From positions 41,542,001 to 41,602,000 of the forward strand of contig CM119371.1 in assembly GCA_051294905.1 (NCBI GenBank): 60,000 nucleotides of DNA, read 5' to 3'. A program made the translations under genes and the position numbers. The notes below the pieces were generated by a model. It was not told where the DNA came from and searched no databases. It saw only the letters and a list, made by a program, of their open reading frames with translations. This document shows, one piece after another, positions 1 to 14,300 of the stretch; the first letter of the stretch is position 1; each line of letters starts with the position of its first letter. This DNA comes from Botryllus schlosseri. Lineage: Eukaryota.

Positions 1-879
1 CAATAAAATTAGTGGATATTTCATCATCACATTAAAAAAAATTTGTTGCCAACAAGTGTTGAAAAAATTGTTGAATTTCGAAATATCAAATATCCAGTAA
101 TTTTAATGCTGAATTTGATAGTCCTTGTCAAGAGCTTTCCAATGACACCTTACACTTGATGACACCACCTCTTAGCCAAAATATATTCGCAATTAAAAAT
201 GACGGCACGCGTGAGGGATTTTTGAAGACATGAACAGAATCATGGGGTTGAAGGTCAGACTATGCAACCCCAGGTGTCGAAGAAGGGGACAAAGTATCAA
301 GTAGGATGTAAATGAACAAGTGTGAAAGTGTCACCCTCAAAGACCCTAATTTGACCAAAATATAGCAAATTTAAATTGCGGGTGTAAAGTTCTGACGTTT
401 TTTCCGTTTGAGCGAGCACAAAAACAGCAATTTTTGAACGTCCACATCTTCGGCTGTACTTGACCGATTTTTATAAAATTTGTTTTTCCGATATCAGAAA
501 GAAAAGTTTTCCAGGCTTATCAATTTTCATGAAAATCTGAGATTGTGGGGGCACATTTCAATTTTTTCTGGAGCACCTGACATAATCTTACCCAGCCACA
601 TCGCTACCGTTATTTTCTCTTGTTTCACTTATAGGCCTATATTTGGAAAATTGAAGAAAAATTAACTTCCGATTGATTGATAATCTTCCTATGGTTTGAT
701 CGACACTATAGTTGTATTCATTTGTAAATTCTCTCACAATATATTGTCAACAAACGTGATAACATCTCAAGTATAGCCTGCCTATATTCTACTTCATAGT
801 AAATATAAGTATCATATCAACTGATACTGTGTTTGATAAAGTGGGGTAACAACTGAAGAAGCACCAAATTCAATGTGCT

Positions 880-1022
880 GAGGGCCTATAGCGGGCAAGC
901 CGGGAAGATTAGTTTTAGTGATCAAATATTCATTCTTTAAACTGAGTCAGATCCTGACCCGGCCGCGGATAGAACTCACAATATACCGCGTAAGAAGCTG
1001 CATCCTTTACCATTACCCTATC
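880..1022 (-). mobile_element. Diverged tRNA-derived SINE head
   Basis: Reverse complement GATAGGGTAATGGTAAAGGATGCAGCTTCTTACGCGGTATATTGTGAGTTCTATCCGCGGCCGGGTCAG aligns to 12396-12464. Confidence 0.55.
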
Positions 1023-2156
1023 TCATTTGTCATACCAGCTATCCTGTTTCAATTACTATTCGACAGTCCGCTGTACAGCACCATCGTATTCGGCGATTTA
1101 GCAAATAAAAACAACTCTCTCCGTCGTTATCAACAATGGAGTTCGCGGCCGTCTGCTATTTGCTTACATCGAAGTTGATGCCGCCAACTTTACGATGCGT
1201 GACGAGCTAGAACAGTGGTTCCCAGCCTTTTTCGACCCGTCGGTCGTCGCCCCCCTTTCAAGCTCCATCATCATCATTGGTTTATTAGCAATTTTATCAG
1301 TTCAATACACCACAGAAATGCGATACAATGAAAGAAAGGAAGATGTCGAAGCGACTAGGTTGTCTATGGAATCTGACACCCACCTTGGCCTAGGCGATGT
1401 AAAGAGGAGGCATGCACACTGAATGAAGGTAAAGAAGAAAGCATAGAAAAAGAATGCGACAAGAAATAGGGCGGCATGTCATGGGAAGCGAGATCGATAG
1501 GTCAGTCGTGGTCCGGTAATCTTGAGGATGGACTGTATTTATTTAGTAGTAATTGCTTGTATTTCGACTTGAATGTGGACATGCTCGCCGACTGTCGGAT
1601 GGCCGGCGGGATACTGTTCCATACATCAGGTCCGGCATATTTGATGGAGCGATCACCGATCATCGCCCCCAAAATATTGAGAACCGAAAACGGGCATACA
1701 AACTGTCTTCAAAATAAAATGGCGTGCTTGCAAGATTTATGGCACCAAAATGAAGAAACATATTTTTATTAAAAACATATCACCTTCATTGGGACAAATG
1801 AAATTAGGGAAAATACTTCGGAATTTTTATTTCAAACGGCTGCTCACTAATTTGATGAGAATGACAACTTCAAATCGAAAAGGTTTTATCAGGGATATCT
1901 TGGGTCCCTGGGTTTTATAAACATTTCGAAGTCGCCCTGATTGACTTTACCATCTCCATGGTTTTATCATAGCAATTTACAATAACGTTGTAAATTGCTA
2001 TGGTTTTATGGTTTTAGTAGTTGTGGAGCAAAACTGCCTCATGTTTTACCTAATTTAAAAATTACATATCAGATTTTCAATGATATTGCAAATTTAGAGG
2101 TCTCGCGTACACCATGAGAACCCCCGGTTGAGAACAATGACATGAACTGAAAATAG

Positions 2157-2200
2157 AAACACACACACTCTCTCTCTCTCTTACTCTCTCTCTCTCTCTC
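2157..2200. repeat. (CA)n(CT)n microsatellite just upstream of the PHF14 start
   Basis: ACACACACAC followed by two CT runs. Confidence 0.85.
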
Positions 2201-2328
2201 ACTGCTACATGCTCGAGTGATTTCAAGAATTATTTGGAACTTCACATTTTCTGTCAATATCGAGAGTGGGAAGAAATCAAACCAAAATTACATTACAAAG
2301 TAAGCGACAAATAAAGTTCCAGGTCGGC

Positions 2329-5300
2329 ATGAGCTTTATGTACCAAGCGTCGAGTGAGTGAATTAGTCGTAGGTGTCGTCTAGATACGCAAAACTTACGA
2401 ATTCCTACTATTCATTTGCATCAGTGACGCGGGCGCCTAACAAGCGAAAAATCAAGCTTAACGAAGAGAATCTTCTGCAGCTGATGAACAATTCTGATGG
2501 TGACGACGAGGAAGACGAGGATTTTACTATAACCAGCGACAAGAACGTTGTAAAAGAAGGTAGATTTAGTTTCAAAATCATCCACATTTCTATAAAGTAT
2601 AAACTAATCCATTACCCATGGATTTATCATATTGGTTATTGCTTGCTTATGAACACTTGGTCAACTCGAGAACTCCATGAAGTTGTCAAATTACATTATT
2701 GAAGCGAAGTGCCTTTGATCTACTTATATTCTCATTTCTGAAATGTTTCTATGCACTCATTGTAATTCTAATCTATTTTGTGAAATGTTTCATGCTTGCT
2801 ATCATTTTAATTTTAATTAAACTTCTCGTTTTCCTGAAAATGCTACACAAGAGTATAGTGCGGTACAAGCCAATATTGCGTGCAGACATTTGCAATACTA
2901 GTGCTTATGAGAACTTGAGAAGAAACTCTCTATAATTGAACTCAGCTCGATTGACTGCTTGATTTAATCACAGACTATGGCGACAACAATTCCAGTGGAG
3001 ACTCGGAAAGTACTGAGGGCTCGGATTCGACTGACGAAAGCAAAGGTTTGTGCGGTCTCTGAAACAGAATTACATGTGATAGATAAACTTTTCTGAGGCT
3101 TTAATAATACATAATTCGTGCCGTAACCAGAGATCGCCAAAGTATAGTCATCGTCGGCAGTGAAGTAGATGTATGAACAATTGAACAACCTCGTAAATTT
3201 CTATTGAATTACAAGTAGAAATAGTAATTTTCAATTGAAGGGCCACCGCGCTCTAAAGAATAATGCAGTGTCAAATTGAAGCACAGATCAAAAAAAAAAC
3301 TTGAGCCGCAAATATTTTCTTCAGAAAGCCTCTGTAATGGAGCTGCAATTAAATGAATTTTTTGTAAGAGCCGTTCCACTCCAGCTGCCAAAGCTGCAAT
3401 GCAGGAGGAGAATATAGCATCCTGGCGCTTTTCAGACTATAAACTGTGTGAAATTTTGAATTTTTAGAGTGATAGTGTGAATTTTTCATGTTACGAAATT
3501 ATAGTGGCCCTTTCTCGAAATTTTATTTTTTCGCACCTTGAAAGTTATCAATCATTTTTGAGGCAGAAAAAAAATTGTCCAATCAACCTGATAATTTGCA
3601 GGTATCTGTATCTTGGGATGCTTCTTCGGATGAAACTATTTTTTTTTATTAGTGAGGGATCCCTCCCTTTAGGTCATCTCAGTCCTCAGTCGGAAGTTTG
3701 CAAAAATTTCAATTTCAATTTTTTTTTCAGATAGTAACCCTTGTTGGGATAAAAAAGAGTTTCATCTAGAAATATGGGGTAATTAAAACCTAGAATGAGC
3801 ATGAGCACTCGGGAAAAATTGCACTGAGAAATTTTGTCAGAAAAAAATTCGCAAAAAAAATAGTTTGAAAAATGAAATTAAATTGAAGTCGAAAAACCGT
3901 TGACCAATTTTCATTGAATTTTTGCCAAAATTAGGATGTCCAACTTCATTAGTGTCATTAGTGTGTGACTGATTTAGTAATTCGAGGGGTAGCCTAGCCC
4001 CTCACCTGTTGTGTAATTTTCATCGCGATATCTTCACCGTCGCACGTGCTCAACGCGATTATGCAATCACGCGGAGAACAAACTTTCTACAGGCCCAGGC
4101 CCTAGTTGTCAGCCGATATTATGAAGGAATTATGTGATAGCGAGGGTGATAAATATAAGAATTGGACGTGATCTATTTCTGTCCTACAGAGAAATACACC
4201 AGGCCCGATTTCTCAACAAGTTTCAGACACAAATCCTCTGACCATAGGCACTTTTGCATTTGTACGGAGTGGTGGAGTCTTCTGACGTCATAGTTGCACT
4301 AGAATCCACTTTACTTGTACATGATGCTGAGCGTTGACCCAGTCATGTGACGCTTCAATACCACTCCTGCACGTTCATTAATATACAATCCAGTTATTAG
4401 ATGGAATCTTCAAACGGTAAATTGCGATCATTCAAAATTGGACCTGCTCATAATCAAGGGCTCAAATCATTGTATCCAGCCCCACTCATGAACACATCTG
4501 TGGATTGTTAAATTTCATACTAAATTGTGATGTATTGTCTCAGATGATGAAGACAGCGACGCAGACAAGCCTGGTACATCTGCGTTAGTCAGTAGGCGTA
4601 AGTCAAGAAAACGTCGCTCGGTAGCGGTACCTAGCGTCACTGTGGGTGAAGTGACAGGAAAATTGAAGTCAAAGTACTACGGTATGACCCCGTTCGGAGA
4701 GAAGATCTTGACGCAAGCCAAAAAGTGCTTGGCGCAATCAGAGCAAGCGGTAAATGTTTCATGGTATTATAGGGGTGATCAAAGTAACCCTGTATATTTC
4801 TCCTGAATTTAAAGTGAAAGTTAGCGATTCATGAATAACACAAAATCACTAATGACTAGGGTGATTTTTTTTTGACATGTCAAGATGAGTCAAAAAATGT
4901 CAAAATTTTTTACAAAGTCAAAATGTTTTTGCTACCTGCATTTCGTTGGTGTTTGTGTTCGTTTGTTCATTTGACATTTTACAGCTTGTGGCCTACTTTA
5001 TAAGCCTAGCATTGTAGACAGCCCATTTTCATTGTGAATCATAAACAGTCAAATGAAGCAAAGACGTTGACATGATGTTATGCTTAACGTACCACAATAT
5101 CCTAACTGAAGCAAGACTGCGTGGGCATTGGTTCTAATATCAAGAAGCGCATGATAAAAAATTGGGATGTAGACAACATTGTCAAAATGAAGCGACACGG
5201 TGTTACCAGCCAACAACTGCTGCTGTTGAGCGTTCTTCCTCCATTCTTGGCTAGCTACTTAGTAAGGACAGACACTTTCAAGCCAAGAATGTAGGAGAGC

Positions 5301-8300
5301 ATCTTTCGTTGTACTACAACAAGTATTTCTACCATAATGCGTGATGTAACTACTGGAATTCTGCATAGGTCCAGATTTCGTTAAAATGAAGTTTTTCATG
5401 TAAAAATTTGTCAGTCTTTAAGTCAAAAAGTTTTTACAGGTCAAACTACTTTGTAAGGACAGACAGTTCCAATCAGGGATGAAGATAAGTTGTAGGCTAC
5501 AGTTCTTACATTATATGGGAAAGCACCTCATTTACATACATGAGATCAAAATTGAGTTTTTTAAGGTCAAAATTGTCATTTCTTAGGTAAAAGGAACCGC
5601 TCTCCGATGACTTTTCAAATGAGATATTCTGTCTCGTGCGCATGTGTTGGGACTTGGGACACCGTTATTTTATCCAGTCATTGGTCAATTTCAATCAAGT
5701 AGTCTTGAAACATGGCCAGTAACCACTTCAGAACTTAAATATACAATTGAATAATATATATTCTCAATTTCTCATTGAAATAAACTCGAATATTTTAGGC
5801 TGACACTTGTCAAGGGTAATCGTCAGCAACTAGCTATGAATTCCAAAGAACATTGTAGATCAAACATCTCGTCATTTTGAAATCCTTTTGACCAGTGTAT
5901 CGATTCAGGTAAAGAGCATGACAAATTTGACTGGGCACTTCTGCAGCGTCTGCTTGAACGAAGGCCATTCTCCACGCCTTCTGACCTGTCGCGTGTGTTC
6001 CATGTCTGTCCATAAGGGTGAGTCTGTCTGTGTTACTATCAGAGGTAAAAAATATGATCAATTTTCATGACGTCACACCATGGTAATTGGGAGTCAGAAC
6101 TATAATCTTCGACCCAAATATCAGATATAATTTTATATAATTTCTTTCGCAGATTGCTATTTCATGGAACGCAGGGCCAGTATGAAGCAATCGTCCGACG
6201 TGTGGATTTGCGAGTCGTGCGTTTATGGGGGTAGTGACGTGGTGAGTACTTGCTTCCTAGCGTAGAATGTATTGTTTGTAGCTTTGAGTACCAGGGTTGC
6301 AACCAAGTCGCAAGGCTCCGACTCACAAGTCAATCTCACTTTTATAGTTTTGACTCGAGTCAAGTCGAGTCATTTTAAATTCACCACTGAGTCGAGTCCG
6401 AGTCATGGTGTTATTTCTCGAGTCCAAGTCGTGGTGTTGACTGCTCAGTGCTCAGTTTTCAGTGAAATTATTGTTAAAACCACTTGTTATAACTCTGTTA
6501 GGTGATATCGAATGGTTCGCATTGACAATATACTAACTTCCCTCACTTTTAGATGTTTCTGGTCGCATTCTTAAGTACCAGTACGAATAGACGAAATCCC
6601 AATAGCGTGGTTACTTTACTATTCGAAATTACAATGAAATGTTGGTCTTGGTCGTCTGAGTCTCGAGTCATGCACAATACACAGAATGACTCGAGTTGAG
6701 TCATCGGTAAATCGGGACTCTAGTCATTATAATCCCGCCCTGTCTACCCCCTTTCCAAGCTCGACTCTATCCCCATTTATAATCGTTTATTGTTCTCTTG
6801 GAGAGAGTCACTTGCTTATCCCTTATTCTGTATGCATTCGCATATTGTTTCTTCACGCAGCTGTTGTACGCTGTCTTACGACTTGAAATCTTTATAATTA
6901 ACCATTCGCCTGAGATGAGTATCCCTACAACATGCATCAATAGTGGAACCGAAATTTGTTTGTGATTCGCTTACTCAGCTTTGTGAGTTCGTCATTATTC
7001 ACATATCGGTATAGAAGTGAATACATTTGATCTAAATTTACATTTTAATATTCTGTTTATGTGTGTAGAGAAGTTAACAAGAGCAAGAAGACTTGATCCT
7101 TGTCACATTTGCATTTGTACGTAGATTAATTTATTAGAATTTAGAACATTGTTTGATTTCAAATTATCCCTTCATCTCCCTCCGTTTCTCCTGGCTGGTT
7201 ATATGCCTGTTCAATACAACCACTGTCCCCGGTTAGAAGGCTGAGAAACACTGATTTAACACTAGAACTACCGGAACTTCGAACTACTTAGAACTACCTT
7301 GTGGCTTTTTTGACGCATGTTAAATTTTCTTCGATTAAATGCATTCAACGGACCTAAAAATAAGGACAAATCTCAACAAACGGCACCAGAAACCATGGTT
7401 TATTGCGCTCACAGTTACCTGCAATATTTTAGACACACCTTAGTGCAATACTTATATCACAAATCGCCGTTTATTGGTGTAACATGTAAGTGTTGTTCTG
7501 GTGCGCATTTGGTATTTGAGCACGTTCTTTAAAAATTTGGAGTAGGTTCTAGATCCGCTTTAGCCACATCACCATTATTGGTTATTGCTGGCATATCACA
7601 AAGCTTATCAGATAAGATTTGCATAATGCAATTTCACAAGTAATCGTCGATTTGCATATTTTTTAGTATCGGCATTTTGCAAGTAGAAGATAATTCACAT
7701 TCTAATAAAACATGCGCGGACCATCGTCGACTTGTTGGTACCCTCGTAGAATACTGCATTGCAACCTGGCCAATGATATCCCCCTGGTTTTGTTTCTTTA
7801 TAACATTTAACCGTCACTGGTTTCTTGTTTGTGTTGTTTCTGAAGGAAACAGTTACCCCCGGTTGGAGTGAACTACTCAATATATATGTGTACAACTTCT
7901 CTACACTGGCATCTCGCCGTTACGCTTATCAACAAGATGATAGCTTTAAAAAGTGTGGCTACATGAAGCTGGTCCTGGTCCTTGGTAGCTTCAAGCAACT
8001 TTTCACAATAGTGTCAACTGGGACTTTGTTTGCTTCTCCAAGCGTATACAGCCACATTCACGTAACATTGTTTCAAGATGGAGTTCATCAGACTCTTCAC
8101 ATTACTATGCTTGGCAAATGTATAGAATATATATAGAAGAGGTGTCCTGTCCTATCCTTGCCTAAATATGAGACGCCCTTGTACATATACTTGGTAGCAG
8201 CAGCGTCCACCATCTGACATTTTACCCCAATATTTGCTGGCATTTCGACCATGTAATAAACGAAAACAATATTATCTTTATCGAGTCTACGTCTTTTTTA

Positions 8301-11300
8301 CTGCTTATGTCAATGGAAAGCTCATGACTTCCATAAAAAGCTCATGACTTCCATAAACTTGGTCTGACTAAACGTAATGCACTCATGCCCTCATATGCAT
8401 TTAATTTACAAGATCCAGCTCCTTCTCCCCCCGAAGATCCATCTCGTAGACCAGAGCAAAGGCCCTTTGCCCTTGTACCACCCTAGTATATTAGTATGGA
8501 CAATACAGATGTCGGCTTGGTCTGATGGTAAATTTCAAATGTCATGTCCTGTAAGACGCTGAGCTTCAGAAATATAACATTACAGAGCTTTGGTGACAAG
8601 GAACGAGGAAGATCCAAAACCTTCTATTACAAGGGATGTTGTTGCTAACACAGATAGACCAAGTCGATATTAACAAAGTTCTGTTGTTATAAACGACTTT
8701 TCTGCGTTTAGCAGATACAAAACCTCTTTCAAGAATATGAAACTGCGATGCCTTAAGGTAGAAAAACTGTAATACGTCAAAAAGGCCACTCGGTAATTCT
8801 AGGTAGATCTGTGTATAACTTTTTTATTTGTACTAGATGAGTGATGAAAATCATTGGTAAGGTGGCCAACATAAAATAAATAAAAGTCAAGAAGTTTCAG
8901 CCGAACAGCGTAAGATATGACTGAATGCCAGCTCTTCAGAAATGAAAATGCGTCAAAAAAGCCACTTGATCGTTCTAGTGTTAATGTATTGGCCTCCAAA
9001 CCGAAATACTGTGACTTTCACTGCACAAACTGGCCTAATCGCCTGCCTGTTGTTGATTCAGGTTTGCGAATTTTGTCCGAATCTATTTGGGTGTATGAAA
9101 GAAACAAAGTGTGGAAGATGGGTGCACGTAATTTGCGCAAGGTACCTGGCCTAGGAAACGCCTTCACGGTAGCCTGTACGCCACGGCTCAATTTCGGTCC
9201 ATGTTCTTTCAGGAGTATTCTGTCTAACTGTCTCTCGCATACTGTCTCGTCTTATGGTTTTTCTATACAACTGGATGAGTTGAATAGGAAGCGATACGGC
9301 GCTAAAGAATGTCTTCTGTGTGAGGATAGGCTTGTTGCCAAAACAGGTATGATTGATAGTGTACTAGCCAGGACTTGAGCAACTAACCTACTTCTAGAAG
9401 CTCATTTTAAGTCTAATTTCTGGTCATCCTGAAAATGCTACAGAATAACTTTATAGCCCAGAACAAACCAAGCTTTGTGTACAGACATTTGCCATTTTCA
9501 TGCTTGTGAGAACCAACAATGGTTTGATACGAACTTAACATGAGTTTTGTCGTATTTCTTTCCAATACGGAATGTAGCGAATTTCAAGTTTTTGGGAATT
9601 CCAATTCTAGTGTGATTTGGAAAGCTGTGTTGCCATCATTCCAATTTGAGTGTGATTTGGAGAAAATTGTGTAGCCCTAATTAGATTGCAATTTGGGAAA
9701 AACCAAGGAGCTATAATTTAATTCTAATTTGGAAAAAACTAAGGAGCTATATTTCTATTCTAATTTGGAAAAACTAAGGAGCTATAATTCGATTCTAATT
9801 TGGAGAGAACTGTGTAGCTATAATTCCAATCTATTTTTGAGGCAACTTATGTACCGCTATAATTGTAGGACTAATCTAATTTAAAAATAAATGTGTTGCT
9901 GTAATTCTAATTTGGAGAAAACTGTAGCTATAATTCGATTATACTTTGAAGAGAACAATGGAGCTTTAATTCTAATCTATATCGGAGGCAACTATGTAGC
10001 TATAATTGTAACAACTGTGTTGCTACATTACTAATTCCTATCTAATTTGGACGAAGCCGCGTTGCTGTAATTCTAATTTGGAGAAAACTGTGTGTAGCCA
10101 TACCGGTAATTATAACTATAAATATTATTATACAATGGATATTGTATTGAAAGCTATATTCAAGTTCTGTACTACAAACCAGCTATAATCCAATTTGGAG
10201 AAAACTGTAGCTGTAAATCTAATTCTAACCAAATTTAGACAAAAACTGATTCTGATCGGAAATTAACTATAAACAAATTTACGAGTGTCATTTTCTAGGC
10301 GTATGCGTGAAATGCGACGCAGGTCTTTGCAAGTCCTCGGTACACGTTACGTGCGCGCAAAAGTACGGTTTGTTGACACGGCCTGCGGCAGCTCGTATGT
10401 TGCAAGAGACCTTCATCGTCAACTGCCCCTTGCATTGCGTGGAAGAGCAGATGAAGAAAAAACAGAGGTCGTTCCTGGTGGAGCAAAAATCCGTGGAATT
10501 GGAAAAGTATAGAAGGCTGACAGAAACTTATAGCGAAAGAGTAAGTGAGTGTGTTGGCTGCCACTGTTAATTGTAATGTTACATGGAATTCCTGCTCGTC
10601 CCTTAGTTGTGCTAAATTTTACAATTTGGCAGGGTTGTAACCAAGCCACTAGTCAATCTCACTTTTGTAGTTTTGACTCGAGTCAAGTCGAGTCATTTTC
10701 AATTCACCACTGAGTCAAGTCCGAGTCCAAGTCAGCGAGCTGAGGATCGAGTCTGAGTCATGTTAGTATGACTCGAGTCCAAGTCATTGTGTTGACTGCT
10801 CAGTTTCCAGTTATATAGGGTTACCATTAGAGCTGGGCAAAATCGAGTACCTGAGTGATTCGATTCTGAATCACGTAATATGCTTCGAGTCGAGTAATCG
10901 AGTATCACTCATTATGACGTCATAACAGAATGTAATATGTAAAAGTTCAAATATCCACCTTTTACCCGACCACAAACAATATAATGCCTGTTACCAATCA
11001 CATTAAAGATACTTTGGTGTTATTTCGACCATACCGATTTCATCGCACTTGGTGACAATGTTGTGGGATGATCATGACTGCGGAAATGTGCTATTTCCAG
11101 TAACGTTCGTAGCTTTGTACTATATGTTTCGAATGCTACGATACGGCCAATCAAGGTTTCAAGGCTTCCGCGGTTATAATTAGTATCGAAACTATAATTC
11201 TCGTTGATAAATTAATTTTCAATGTCAATGAGCGTATAACTTAAGTACTCGAAATAATCGTCTTTTACTACTCGACTCGAATCATTCAAATTAATACTCG

Positions 11301-14300
11301 ATTCAGATTCGAGTACTCGAATCATTGTGCCCAGCCCTAGTTACCATGCGTCCTTCAGGAGGATTTGTCCTCTTTTTTAGGAATTTTGGTCAAATTTATA
11401 GCAAAATTCGACTGAGATGCCGTAAATCAGCACCAAAGTGACGCTACGGCGGGTATTTCGGGAGCTGATCGTAAGTTCACCTTTTTTTTTCCTTTTAGTC
11501 AACCGACTACGAAGTGGTAGAAATTTGCCACTTTTTCAGGATTTTCCACCGGTATTCTGAGTTTGAAAATTTTGAGAAATTGTCCTGCTTTCCCGGTTCC
11601 AGGATATGGTAACCCCAAGTTGTAGTATTGACAAAACCACTTTTTATGAGTCTGTTTGGTGATATCGATTGGTTCGCATTTATAACATACTCATTTTCAT
11701 CGCTTTTAGCAGTTTCTGGTCGCATTTTCAAGCACCAGCACCAACACACGAAATCCCAAAAGTGCGGTTACTTTACTATTCTTCGAAATTACAATGTAAC
11801 ATATGTTTTGGCCGCATGAGTCTTGAGGCATATGACTTGGTTTGAGTAATGCGCAATGACTCTAGTCCAAGTCGAGTCAATACACAGATAGAGTCATCAG
11901 AAAATCCGTACTTGAGTCGTATTCAAGTCGGGTCATGACTCGAGTCATTACAACCCTGCTTTGCACTGTATGTTATGGATGCAGTAATGTGAAAGCTTGA
12001 TTTGGTTCAATCTATTAAATTTGATTTGTCGGTTTTGAATCTCGATCTAAACTTCAATTTCTCACAGGAATTGGTTGTCAACAAGTTGAATGACCTTCGA
12101 AAGAGCCGTGACGATATCAGAAACGCGTTTCGCAGCCCAGCAGCACCCTTGGAACAGGCCCCGAGACTTTTATCTTCGAACGCGCATTTCACAAAGCTGC
12201 TCAACTACAAAGCGGAGAAGATGTTTGGAATCAACACAAAGGTGCGTGGCTTACGGTGCAGCAAATGATTGGAAATCAGTTCCGCTTAACCACTGAGGCA
12301 AGATAACGTAATGGTGGAGCTTCCGGCTTCTTGCTGCAAACCGATAGCCGATCACTACAACTTGTATCTGTGGCTTTTGTGGCTTGGCCGATCAAGATAG
12401 CGTAATGGATAAGCGTCCGGCTTCTTGATCGGTAGGTCGTGGGTTCGATTCCCGACCGGGTCAGACCAAAGACCTGATTAGTAACACTGGTATCCATGGC
12501 TTCCCTGCTTGGCGCTCATGCATTACTGGGATAGCATGGAGGGGTGGTGCATGACTTAGAAAGTCGTAAAGGCTATATCTGCACTTCCTTGTCCAGCGGC
12601 ATATGCACATCATGCACTCATGGTATGCATATGCGCAGATCGTGTGTATGTGTATCATGAGTCGGAGTATATGCCGCAAAAACATCAAGGACAAAAATAA
12701 ACTACGTCCTTTCCTTTCCTTTGGGGCTGTATCTGTGTTAAATCCTGAATATATTCGTATTTAGGACTCTCTCTCGTCATTGTTTCATAAGAATATGCTG
12801 TTTGATTGTAAACTGAAGTCTCTTTATATATCATTCGTCCGCAGTACCCTGCATTGATAATACCAAAGCCCACGGAGATTCGGAAGAAACACAACGTAGC
12901 CCCGACTCTGACCACGGAGTTTGCTGCGTATTTCATGGACAGGGAGCTGCGTATCGAGGAGGAAAGGGTCCAGCTGGATGCGGCCATGAAAGTCAACCGG
13001 ACGTTATTAGAGAAACAGAATCGGGAAAAGTCGCGGTATAACGAGGTAAGGATGATTTTATTTGGCAGTTTTGTTTGTAAAAGTGTAATGACGACACCGA
13101 GTTATGACTTGAGTTGACTTGGTATTCCGGAGTCTGATTTGACTGAACTTAATTGACTTTTGTTCTCCACTGTGCTGAGGTAGCGATGTGTTGTTCTAGG
13201 TTCGAGATATTTTGATCAAAGCAGACAGCATGAAGTCGGAGTTGAAGAAGGAATATGACAAACTGAAGAAATTGTTCTCGGCGATCGTGGACATAGCCAA
13301 GAACAAGGCGCCGGGATCTGGGTAAGTCTTCTACACTAGCAGTTACCAAGTTGATAATAGACGTGTATTCATTTTTCGATGGCAGTGTCGCGAAAGTTGA
13401 GTCAACATCATCTAAATCGAGTGCTCCGCCTCAAAAAGATGTGACTTTCCCGGGGTCTCCCGCGTTGTCAAAAGAGCCCATACCAGACGCAGGTGTGTTT
13501 CTTCTCTCGGATTTCAAAATTTGACTCAGAGTTGTATGACTCGAGTAACGATTTTTTGTTGACTCGAATTGACTCGAGTCATTTTTTCGAATGTGTACAG
13601 TGACTCGACTGTAGTCAATTTGTGTATTGACTTGACTTGTACTCGAGTCATTGTGCCAGGGTTGTAATGACTCGACTCACGATTTTCTGATGACTCGACC
13701 TGATTCGAGTCATTTTTTCAAAATATGGAAATAACTCGACTCAATCTGTGTGTCATGACTCGAACCAAGTCATATGACTCGAGACTCAGACCGCCAAGAC
13801 CGACATGTCATTGTAACTTCGAAGAATAGTAAAGAAACCACACTATTGAAAATGCTACTTGAAAATACTTGAAAATGTGACGAGAAACTGCTAAAAGTGA
13901 GGAGAATTAGTATATTATAAATCCAAACCATTCAATATCAACAAACATAGTTATAAGAGGTGGGTTTAACAAGACTTATCTGGAAACTAAGCAGTAAACA
14001 CAATGACTTGGACTTGAATTTGAGTCATAATACCATGACTCGGACTCGACCCTCTGCTTGATGACTCGGAGGTCGGACTTGACTCGGTGGTGACTTGAAA
14101 ATGACTCGACTTAACTCGAGTCAAAACTATAAAAGTAAGGTTGATTTGTGACTCGGAAACTTGTGGAAAAGGTGTTTAGTCCGGTTACCAGTTTAGCATG
14201 GGTATTTGGCGTCCAGTTAGTGACGGTTGCGGGGGAGTTCTTTACTAGTTGTCCATGATTACCACTGATGAATGTCAGCAAAAATACTCGGGTTTATTTC

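Noticed and set aside
1..600. Probable non-autonomous DNA transposon fragments (also about 3390-4000)
   Set aside because: Composition is repeat-like but no TIR/TSD pair can be established within the window.
12386..12462. Functional tRNA gene
   Set aside because: Boxes A and B are present, but it continues into a SINE body with no poly-T terminator and has a decayed copy at 880-1022.
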